Positions 32,388 through 41,200 of a stretch of DNA of 45,908 nucleotides are shown here, piece by piece. Position numbers and translations under genes: made by a program. Source of the DNA: a virus. Where the stretch lies: IMG/VR virus record IMGVR_UViG_3300017643_000011, positions 1-45,908 of that record. One strand, given 5' to 3'. The notes under the pieces were generated by a model. It did not search any database. It saw nothing but the letters and a program-made list of their open reading frames with translations, and had not been told where the DNA came from. Every line of letters begins with the position of its first letter. Position 1 is the stretch's first letter.

Positions 32388-33371
32388 CTAGAACCTCTCG
32401 CTGTTGAGCGCCCTTTGCAGCGCCTTGGTGGTCTCCGCTCCCCAGGAGCCGTCGAGGACGCACCACTGGCGCACTCCGTTGGCATCTACGTACCAGTAGT
32501 AGCCCAAGTCCTTGGTGCATCCCTGCAAGGCGAGGACGGACTTGCTGCCGAAGTCGCCATCGATGAGATACCCTTGGTAGTAGCCCTTGCGCTGGAGGTA
32601 CTGCTGGAGCGCCTTGGCGGTAAGCGTGCCAAAGCTACCATCCACGACGCATCCCTGGTAGAGACCGTAGAACTGCAGGGTGCGCTGTACGTCCTTGACG
32701 GTGATTGGGCCGAAGTCTCCATCCACGAGCAGCTCGCCCGTCTCGCCGTCGAGAAGCCCGACGCTACCATCATCGGCGGGTGCAGGTGCCTGCCCGTCGT
32801 AATCCGGCCTGATGGCCATGAGCACGTCGCTGTGGTAGCGCGAACGGTTCCCGACCGAGTTGCTGACGTTGCCCTCAACGGTATCCATCCAACCGTCATG
32901 ATTGGCGACACAGAAGCCGATGTGGTCTCCGACGCCGTTCTTGTTCCAGTCAAAGATGATTGCGTCGCCTTCGATGGCGTCCACGGGGCTGAGGGCCTGC
33001 CCCGCGCCCGCCGCTGCGGCCTGGATGGACGGCACATAGGATGACGGCACTCCCTCGCAGGCCACCCCGAGCTGGTCGAGGCACTTCGAGACGAAGCAGG
33101 CGCACCATGGGGTCTGTGCGCCGTTGACGTAGCCGCTGCCGAAGTACCAGTCCCAGAAGGTCTCGCCGTCCTCGCCCAGGTAGGACTCGGCGAGGTCGAT
33201 GGCCTCGTTGCTGGCCGCAGCTCGCATCGCCACCGGGGTGGCGTGTGCTGCCTTGTACTCGTCGGTTACGTCGGCGGGGCCGTCCCCGTCGCATCTGCCA
33301 CGAGCGGCCGCGGCCAAGAGTTTTTGCATCTCTTCGGCGGTACCGAGAACCTTGGTCTCGTCGTCCGCCAT
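32388..33371 (-). CDS. endolysin: CHAP domain plus four peptidoglycan-binding repeats
   Basis: 'TPWCACFVS' (Cys), 'GDHIGF' (His), 'VEGN'. C-terminal repeats 'DGDFGPITVKDVQ', 'DGSFGTLTAKALQ', 'DGDFGSKSVLALQ', 'DGSWGAETTKALQ'. Confidence 0.85.
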   Translation of the reverse strand: MADDETKVLGTAEEMQKLLAAAARGRCDGDGPADVTDEYKAAHATPVAMRAAASNEAIDLAESYLGEDGETFWDWYFGSGYVNGAQTPWCACFVSKCLDQLGVACEGVPSSYVPSIQAAAAGAGQALSPVDAIEGDAIIFDWNKNGVGDHIGFCVANHDGWMDTVEGNVSNSVGNRSRYHSDVLMAIRPDYDGQAPAPADDGSVGLLDGETGELLVDGDFGPITVKDVQRTLQFYGLYQGCVVDGSFGTLTAKALQQYLQRKGYYQGYLIDGDFGSKSVLALQGCTKDLGYYWYVDANGVRQWCVLDGSWGAETTKALQRALNSERF

Positions 33372-33373
33372 GG

Positions 33374-33625
33374 CTACTCCTTCTTGCCCGCGAGACGTGC
33401 CATGCGAGCGGTCTGAATCTTGATGGTGCCGTTGCGCAGGGCGTCCGCGAGGGCGGAGAGACCTGCGGCGAGGGCCGACACCGCCAGACCCATGAGTGCC
33501 GTCCTGATGGATACGGCATCGTTCGCGCCCGCGAGCGCGGTGCCGATACCGGCGATGATGCAGCCTCCGAACGCCAGCCCGAAGGTCTTACCGGCCGAGA
33601 TGATGATGTCCTCTAGATGCTTCAT
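33374..33625 (-). CDS. holin (two TM segments)
   Basis: ATG 33625 after GGAGGA. Two hydrophobic helices and a basic C-terminus 'RMARLAGKKE'. Directly upstream of the endolysin. Confidence 0.65.
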   Translation of the reverse strand: MKHLEDIIISAGKTFGLAFGGCIIAGIGTALAGANDAVSIRTALMGLAVSALAAGLSALADALRNGTIKIQTARMARLAGKKE

Positions 33626-33636
33626 TGTCGTTCCTC

Positions 33637-34002
33637 CTAGTTCCCTATGGCGGTCTTGTCGCAATGAATCTCGATGCGATGAAGCCTGTCCTCGATGGCA
33701 CCCAGTTCCGTCTTCTGAGCCGACACTTGACCCTCGACGGCCCGGATGCGGCCGTCGTAGTTCTTGACGACACCGAGCTGCGTCGCCTGGGCCGTCTGGT
33801 TGCTCTCGACGGTACGGATACGAACGTCGTAGTCATCGAGCCGCTGGTTGATTTTCGCCACCCCGGCCGCCGTGCTCTTGACGGTCGCCTCGATGCTCAC
33901 GAGCCGTTCCGTGGCGTCATCGTGGCCGCCCACGCTCTGTTGAACGAGTTCGAGGGCGGCAACCAGCAATGCCAGAAGCGCGATAAGCGTCATCCAGTCC
34001 AA
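33637..34002 (-). CDS. XhlA-like membrane/coiled-coil lysis-associated protein
   Basis: N-terminal TM 'MTLIALLALLVAALELV' followed by a coiled coil. First gene of the lysis cassette. Confidence 0.5.
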   Translation of the reverse strand: MDWMTLIALLALLVAALELVQQSVGGHDDATERLVSIEATVKSTAAGVAKINQRLDDYDVRIRTVESNQTAQATQLGVVKNYDGRIRAVEGQVSAQKTELGAIEDRLHRIEIHCDKTAIGN

Positions 34003-34063
34003 CTCGCGTCCTTCCGGCCATGACAGAACCTACGAATACATGTTGGCAGACACATAAACAAAG

Positions 34064-34080
34064 AACGTATCGGTCTTACG
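34064..34080 (-). repeat. 17-nt intergenic hairpin motif, copy 3
   Basis: Identical to 4128-4144. Lies between the fibre gene stop and the lysis cassette. The minus strand follows it with TCTTTGTTTAT. Confidence 0.7.
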
Positions 34081-34132
34081 TGACGAGGGCCTAGGCCGTT
34101 CGCAGCCAGAAGTAGGCCACGACGAATGGCTC

Positions 34133-35449
34133 CTATACCTCGTGTGCTATCCAGTTGGGCTTGGCAAAGTTGCCGAGCGTGTTATGGTCGCCATCGACGG
34201 TCAGCGTATAGGAGAAGGTGTAAGAAGTACCGGCCCTTGCCCCAGAAACCACGAGCCGAGCGTTCAGCAACCTCCCGACAGTATCGCCACCGAGCAACGC
34301 TCCGGTATAGTAGGCTACCTTGGTGAGTCCGGCCGGGGCGTTGATACTGAGATGCGTCAGGTTTCCAGCCCAACCCCACGTGGAATCAAACGCCAAGCAC
34401 ACGTCAAGGGTGCAATCCCGGGGAGGCACGATGGTGATGGTACTGTTGCCATGCGCTTCATGCCAGCGGTCTGCGGAAGAGATATATGCAGTATCCGCGG
34501 CACCAAGAGCCTGTCTGGCCGCGCTCGCCGTCGCTCCTCCGGTTCCTCCTTGCGTGATTGGCAGTGTTCCGCTCGTGATGTCAGCGGCGCTATGTTGGTG
34601 GAGGAGCGGGGCGAACGCGCCCTTGAGCTTCGACCAGAGGTACGTGAGGCCCGTGGCGTTGAGGTACTTCGTCCCCGCCACCTGGCCGTTGGCGCACACC
34701 GAGTCGATGTCCGCGGTCGGGATGCCGACGGGCGTGGGGGCGGCGGGGCCGAACTCCTCCCATGCGCTGCCGATGTAGGCCCACTCGTTGTACTTGTTGT
34801 CCCCCGTACCCGACGTGTCGGGGGTGAGGTAGAGCACGCCCGGCGTTCCCGTGACGGTCGGCTCGCCCGTCGAGGCGTTGTACTGCCCGCTCGAGAGCAC
34901 CGTGAACTTGAGGTTCTGGGCCGCGTCCATCATCTGGGTGAACTCGGACGCCCTTGAGCTTTCGGCACCCACACGGGCCGTCTCGGCGCTCGCGCGGGAG
35001 GTCTCCGCCGAGGCACGGGCCGTCTCGGCGGTCTTCCGCGCCGACTCGGCCGTGACACGAGCGGTCTCGGTGCTCACACGAGAGGACTCCGCGCTCTTGC
35101 GGGCCGTCTCCGCCGTGACGCGCGCGCCCTCGGCGCTCGCACGGGAGGTCTCGGACGTCTTTCGCGCCGTCTCGTCGGTCACACGAGAGGCCTCCACCGA
35201 CGCACGGGAGGTCTCGGCCGTGGCACGTGCCGTCTCCGCGTTCTCGCGGGCCGTTTCGTTGGCGGTCACGCTGGCCTCGAAGTGGTCCTGGTAGCCCTTG
35301 AAGAAGGCCGCGTTGAGCTTCGTCCCCGCGGTCCCGTCCCCCGGTTGGCGGGTCATGTCGTAGACCCCGTGCGGGGCGTCCACCGCGGTGAGCTTGATTC
35401 GGTTGGGATAGGGGTAGGCCTCGTCTACGTAGGTGGGTGTGTCAGCCAT
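34133..35449 (-). CDS. tail fibre / receptor-binding protein with about 15 heptad repeats
   Basis: 438 aa. Residues 63-168 are repeats of [AT]E[TS][AS]Rxx. Last structural gene before lysis. Confidence 0.7.
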   Translation of the reverse strand: MADTPTYVDEAYPYPNRIKLTAVDAPHGVYDMTRQPGDGTAGTKLNAAFFKGYQDHFEASVTANETARENAETARATAETSRASVEASRVTDETARKTSETSRASAEGARVTAETARKSAESSRVSTETARVTAESARKTAETARASAETSRASAETARVGAESSRASEFTQMMDAAQNLKFTVLSSGQYNASTGEPTVTGTPGVLYLTPDTSGTGDNKYNEWAYIGSAWEEFGPAAPTPVGIPTADIDSVCANGQVAGTKYLNATGLTYLWSKLKGAFAPLLHQHSAADITSGTLPITQGGTGGATASAARQALGAADTAYISSADRWHEAHGNSTITIVPPRDCTLDVCLAFDSTWGWAGNLTHLSINAPAGLTKVAYYTGALLGGDTVGRLLNARLVVSGARAGTSYTFSYTLTVDGDHNTLGNFAKPNWIAHEV

Positions 35450-35450
35450 G

Positions 35451-37805
35451 TCATGCCTTCCAATCGTTGAGGGTGTCGTTCCAGTCGGCGGTGGGTGACG
35501 CGAGGGCGTCGGAGCGTGCCGAGTGCTGGGCAGACCGCATGAGAGCCACCTTGGCCTTGCTCACGCCCCCGACGAGCAGCTCGACGCTGAACCCTGCCCG
35601 GCCGTCGTAGGCAAGGGGCACGTTGGCCCCGCGCATGGTCATGAGGGTTCCCGAGTCCACGAGGGTCCCGTCCTCGTAGAGCCTGACGACGACGGAGCCG
35701 GGAGAGACGCCCGCCGCCACGAGGGCGGTATCGTCGGGTACGAGGTGAATGTCCACCGATGGGCTTCCGTCCCCCGTGCGCCATTCGAACGTACCGGAAA
35801 GCGCAATGGAGTCCGGTATCACCTTCACTCCCGTGTCGGCGAGCAGGACCGCCGTGACGGTGGCCGTGGCCCCGCCGTTGAACGTCCGGTCCACCTCGGT
35901 TATCAGCACGTTCTTGTAGGTGGTGTCCACCTGCAACTGTACTGTCATGCCGGCCTCAAGACTCGGGTCATCCCTGATGTCGAAAGTATACAGGTTGCCA
36001 AAGTCGCGGCAGACGCCTGCCAGTACAGCGCTCACGGAGCTTGTCACGACGAGAAGCGGGTTGTCATAAAGCCGCGCTCCTCCTACGGCGACAGACTGCG
36101 AGACATAGTCCTGCATCGTGGGCCGGTAGATAGTCACCGAGGCGGTACCGAGCGAGCTAAGCACGTCGGCGTAGATATCGGCGTCGTAGGTCAAGGAGCG
36201 AAGGGTCTGGGTTGAGTGGGGGAATCCGAGCCAACCAACCGAAGGGGAGGCGGTCATCGCCTCACCGCGCTTTACCGCGCAGAGGCCCGCCGCCGTGCAT
36301 GTGTCCTGCTGGAACACCACAGTGCCCCCGGTTGGCAAGAGCGTCGCGTCCGCTGAGGTATACTGGTTCGACGCCGAGCGCAGCCGGTAGTCGTGAACCT
36401 TGGCGTCGGAGAAGACATTGGGCACGAACGCCTTAACCCCGAGCGAGTCACGTAACATACCGTAATTGATGCTATAGTCGGAAGGCTTGGCAGTGCCTGG
36501 CGTAGCCACCGAGACGTGAAGTGCGCCGTCTGTCCCGGGGACCAGTGACGAACCGGTGAGCGCGAGATGGTACGTTATGGCGTCAAGGAGCGTCATTGTA
36601 GACGGGATGTAGCCAACCCCCGCGTAGAACAGTCTGTCGCCTGTCCCATCCGAGACGATGAGCGGAAAGGGGGCCAGCTTCTCGTTCGTTGAGTCGGGTG
36701 CCCATAGCACGACAGCCCATACGTTTGGTCTCGCGGGATATTCGAGCGACCCTGTCTGGGCGTGCGTGGATATACCCGCGATGCCGTGAGACCTATCGGC
36801 GACAGGACCCACGAGCACGATGTCCGCAATCCTGCTGACGAGGGTCGATGGATACCACTGAGGCGTCCCACCAAGCAAGTCCAAGGGGTCGCACGTCGTG
36901 TCCTGGAGCAATCCGCGCAGGTCTTGCGCGATGATTGTTACATGGCCTCCCACACGGTCGTAGGTGGCGCTCTCCACGAACCAATAGCTCGTGGAAGTTG
37001 CTTCGCTGTCAGTGGTCGCAAGTTTCGCCGCGAGACGCAGCGGAGAGCCTAGGCTGAAACTCGACACATATGCGTCTATCTCCGAAGTGCTGCCGAGCGC
37101 CGACGGCGGACGGAGCCTTATGGTGGCGGTGGAGGCCACGCTCTTATCGTTTGTGGCCGAGACGATTTCCCTAGTCTGCATATCAAGCAGGGACCCGACC
37201 GGTGTCCCTTCCTTCGTAAACGTCCTCACGAGCAGGTCTGATGGCGTCGAGGAACCCGCCCCCGAATCACTGGTGGCCGTGGGAAAGGTGGCGGTCCAGT
37301 GCGTCAGCGTCCAAGTCGCAGAAGCCATGAGGGTCTTCTGCTGCTCGTCGTGCCACCGACTGAGAGGAGTCGTGAGAGACGACACAGGAACAAGGCCGGA
37401 CAGTGCCCAAAGGCCCGTGCGCTCGTCCGCAGGCCAGACCTTGCGCGACGTGCCCCACTTTGTATAGAGGAACGCCACGGGGGTTGACAACAAACCGGGA
37501 CTGGTGACCGTCACAATGGGCGACGAGGCTAAGGCCGCGAAGGACAATGTGATGTCGACGGTCGCCGAGTCTTTGGTGATGGTGACAGGGAACCCGGGGT
37601 CGTTGAAGACCTCGGACAATTGTTCCTTGGACGTCTCTGGCGACTCGTAACACACTTTGAGCAAGCTCGCGCCGCTATCGACGTAGAAGACGAGCGCCCA
37701 GTCGCCGAGGTTGACCGAACCCCTCCAAAGGGTCAAGCCAGATTTGTAAAGGGACATTTTCACCACAAAAGGCTTCGAGCTGTCCTCGATTTCGTAGACG
37801 TTCAC
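35451..37805 (-). CDS. tail-tip / baseplate protein (Tal-like minor structural protein)
   Basis: GTG 37805 after GGAGGTG, 4 nt after the upstream stop. 784 aa. Lies between the Dit-like and fibre genes. Confidence 0.55.
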   Translation of the reverse strand: MNVYEIEDSSKPFVVKMSLYKSGLTLWRGSVNLGDWALVFYVDSGASLLKVCYESPETSKEQLSEVFNDPGFPVTITKDSATVDITLSFAALASSPIVTVTSPGLLSTPVAFLYTKWGTSRKVWPADERTGLWALSGLVPVSSLTTPLSRWHDEQQKTLMASATWTLTHWTATFPTATSDSGAGSSTPSDLLVRTFTKEGTPVGSLLDMQTREIVSATNDKSVASTATIRLRPPSALGSTSEIDAYVSSFSLGSPLRLAAKLATTDSEATSTSYWFVESATYDRVGGHVTIIAQDLRGLLQDTTCDPLDLLGGTPQWYPSTLVSRIADIVLVGPVADRSHGIAGISTHAQTGSLEYPARPNVWAVVLWAPDSTNEKLAPFPLIVSDGTGDRLFYAGVGYIPSTMTLLDAITYHLALTGSSLVPGTDGALHVSVATPGTAKPSDYSINYGMLRDSLGVKAFVPNVFSDAKVHDYRLRSASNQYTSADATLLPTGGTVVFQQDTCTAAGLCAVKRGEAMTASPSVGWLGFPHSTQTLRSLTYDADIYADVLSSLGTASVTIYRPTMQDYVSQSVAVGGARLYDNPLLVVTSSVSAVLAGVCRDFGNLYTFDIRDDPSLEAGMTVQLQVDTTYKNVLITEVDRTFNGGATATVTAVLLADTGVKVIPDSIALSGTFEWRTGDGSPSVDIHLVPDDTALVAAGVSPGSVVVRLYEDGTLVDSGTLMTMRGANVPLAYDGRAGFSVELLVGGVSKAKVALMRSAQHSARSDALASPTADWNDTLNDWKA

Positions 37806-37809
37806 CGTC

Positions 37810-38232
37810 TCACACCTCCACGAGGTTGCACTGCACGTCGACCCACATGGTCGCCCTGCCCGACGAGTCGGCCATGTAGGGGGTCGCCTTGCGGTCGCCC
37901 ACGTACATCTCGCGCACGACGCGACGCCCGTAGCGCGGGTCGTAGAACTCCACATACCAGACGTACGAGCCGCCCTGGTCCCGGTCGAAGAGCGCGAGGA
38001 GGTTGTGGAATGCATCATCCTCAAGTGCCGCCCACGAACAATCAATCTTGCACTTATCCGACCCTATGGGCTGGCCGATGAAGTCGCCATTCGCGTTGCG
38101 GCCACCGTTCACGGTGGTCTGCACCTGGAACGTTCCCGACCCCTTCTTGGGGGTCGGGAGCGAGGTCCAATCGGTCCCGTTCTGGGACAGCCGTATATAT
38201 CCCTCGTTCTTGGCTTGGAACACCTCTACCAC
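37810..38232 (-). CDS. distal tail protein-like component
   Basis: 140-aa ORF immediately after the tape measure gene. Assignment by synteny only. Confidence 0.4.
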   Translation of the reverse strand: MVEVFQAKNEGYIRLSQNGTDWTSLPTPKKGSGTFQVQTTVNGGRNANGDFIGQPIGSDKCKIDCSWAALEDDAFHNLLALFDRDQGGSYVWYVEFYDPRYGRRVVREMYVGDRKATPYMADSSGRATMWVDVQCNLVEV

Positions 38233-41200
38233 TCCCCTGCCTTCTTCATCGCGTAGTCGATGCGCTTGCCCACGTCCACCCCGTCGAGTTCGGTCGTGAA
38301 CACGCCGGACTTCTTCTCGATGGCCGAGACCATGGCCCGCTCGATGGTGTCGAACAGACGGTCCTGGTCGAACGTGAACGTCTGCGAGCTGCTCGAACTG
38401 ACGCTCACGGCGGGCGTGCCCAGGGAGAGCGCGCCGGAGCGGAGGGCGAAGGACGCGCTCTGGTTGGCCGCGGTGATGGCCCCCTTCGCCATGCTGCCCG
38501 CGCTCGTGGCCACGTCATCGGCCATGTAGTCGATGCCGTTTATCATGCCCATGTCGAACCACTTGCCCTGCTGGAAGGTGGCCTTGGAGGGCGACCCCTC
38601 CTGGGCACCGTCATGGGAGCCTTGCACGGCTCTCTCGCCCACGCGGTGTGCAGCCCAGTAGACCGCGCCGCTCTGGGCGTTGATGCCGTTGACCATGCCC
38701 CAGTCAAGGTTCTTGCCCGCGTCGTATGCGCCCCAGTAGTGGTCGCCCATGCCGTTCACGGCGTCCTGGCCCCGGTCGCTGCCGACCCAGAAGAGGCCCA
38801 TGCTGCCAACGCCATCGCCGAACCCGCCCGCGAGGTTGCGCCCGGCGTCGTACGCGCCCCAGTGCTTGCTACCGAGACCAGCCACGACCTGTTGCGCAAC
38901 ATCGCTGCCGACGTTGGCGAGGGTGTACCTGGTGTCGGAGATGCCGTCGCCGAAGCCGCCACCGAGGTTCCTGCCCGCGTCCTCGGCCGCGCCGTGCCTG
39001 GACCCGAGGCCGCCCACGGCGGTGTCGGCCAGGTCGCTGCCCGTGGCGTGGACCTTGCTGCCGTAGGACTCGATGCCGTCGCAGTAGCCGCCCGACATGT
39101 TGCGTCCGGCGTCGTTGGCCTGCTTGTATCCAGCCCCTCCGTTGAAGCCCTCGACGGCCTTGCGCATCATCGAGGCCGCCTCGTTCACCGCGCGCTTCCC
39201 CACGGTGTCGATGCCGTCGCAGAAACCTCCTCCCAGGTTCTTGCCTGCGGAGAGGGCCTCGTTGTAACCGTTGCCGCCGTTGAGGCTGTCGATGATGGTC
39301 TGACGAACGGCGGCCATGCTGCCCATGTTCTCGTTCGCGGCCTCGGTGATGCCGTCGAAGTAGCCACCTGAGAGGTTGCGACCCGCGCTCTTGGCCGCGT
39401 CATAGCCCGCGCCGCCGTTCATACCCTGGACCGTGGCGGTCTGGACCGCTTGTCCCTGCTTGTTACCCGCGTCCGTCGTGCTCGCGAGTCCGTCGTTGTA
39501 CGCGGTGCCGCTGGCCTCGCCCGACGCCCTGAAATCGGGGTCGTGGAGCGTGGTGCTCTTCGCGGCTGCGGTGCTCAAGCCGGCCATGGCCTTGGTGAGG
39601 TCGGAGGTGTCCCCGTTGTTGTTCACCCCGTCCACGAAGCTCTGGTAGCCTTCGGTGCCTATCTGCTTGTCGTCGGCGACTATCTGGGCGCGGGCGTCCT
39701 CGTTGCCGTCGGCCACGAGGTCCCGGAGGGTCTTGCTGTACTTGGTCGGTCCGCCCTCTTCCAGGGCCTTGATGAAGTTGCTTTGGGCACCCAGCCCGGT
39801 CTCCGACATGAGCGTTTGCAGGTTCGCGGACCAGTCGGCGGTCGCCGCCACGTTGCTGTTGAGGCTGTCCACCATCTCGTCGACGGATATCTGGGAGGAC
39901 TCGTCTATCTTGCCGAAGTCGTTGACGGTGGCGGTGGCGAAGTCGTCGGCCGCCTGGGCGGCGTCATCGAAGGCATCCTCGTCCCCGCCCACCTTGGCGG
40001 CGAGGTCGTCGGCGCTCACGCCGTTGGCGTCCATGGCGTCCTTGAGCCAGCCGTGGCTCTTCGCGTAGTCCTCGATGCTGCTAGTGGTCTGCTTGAGCTG
40101 GTCCGCCTGCTCCTGGGCCGCCTGCGTGTTCGCGTCGGTGGCATCGGTGGCGTCCTGCGTGTCGGAAGCGGTGTCGCTCGTGGTGATGCCGAGGGCGGAG
40201 AGCACGCTGTTGATGCCGCTGAACAGCGGGGCGAGCGGGGTCGAGGTGGCGAGCCAGTTGACGAACCCGCTGACCATGTTGCCGAGCAGGGGCACGAGCG
40301 CCCCGAGTATGCTCACCAGCGCCATGCCGGGGATGGCGTCCATGGCTGCGGCCAGGAGGCTCGACGCGGCGGCCCCCGCCGTCTCGGCCACGTTGGCTGC
40401 AATCTGGGCGATGGTGTACGCGCCCTTGGTTCCCGTCGCCACGACGGTCTGAGCCGCTGCGGTGCCGAGAAGGCCGGCCTGCTCCTTGAGGCTCGCCTTG
40501 GAGGTCCCGGTGGCCGCTGTGGCCGCAATCTCCGCGTCCTTGGCGGCCTGCGTAGCCGTCTTGTACTTCTCCCTGAGGCGCGATGCGAGGGTCAGCCCCT
40601 CGCCGTTCGCCTTGGTCGCCCGTGTGTCCGAGGTGATGCTCTCGGTGAAGTCATGCACCTGCGTCTTGGCTGCGGCGAGCTTGGCCTTGAGGGTGCCGAG
40701 GTGGGAAGCGAATCCCATCTGGGCCTCCGCCGCCCGTGCCGTGTTGCTGGCGAGGGATGCGAGGCCCGTCCTGAACGTGGCCGTCTCGGAGACGCTGCTC
40801 TGCATGGTCTCGCGGCTGCCCGACACGACGCTGTTGAAGGTCCTCGCCATGGCCGATGTGTTGGCGAAAGCCTCGCCGAGCGTTCCCTTGAGCGCGGTGC
40901 CGAGACTTCCGGCCTGCGCGGTCGCGGTCGTGGAGGACGCGAGCACCCGGTTGCCCATCAGCTCGAACGCCGTTCCGAGCAGGCTGACGCCCGCGATGAC
41001 CGCCTGGTTGACGATGTATGCCCCGAGCACGACACCGAGACCCTGGACTATCGGGGTGGCCTGGCCGAGGCTCACGAGCATGGTGGCGAGGCCCATGACT
41101 GCTGAGCTGATGCCCTCGACGGTCCCCGCGATGGCATTGAGGATGGGTGTGGCGAGGGCGGCGGCGAACCCGAGCACGAGACTCGTGCCCTGCCCCAGCG

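Noticed and set aside
34003-35449. Gin/Cin-style invertible tail-fibre segment as the substrate of the serine recombinase
   Set aside because: There are no alternative fibre C-terminal ORFs in inverted orientation and no flanking inverted repeats near the fibre gene. The recombinase is about 27 kb away.
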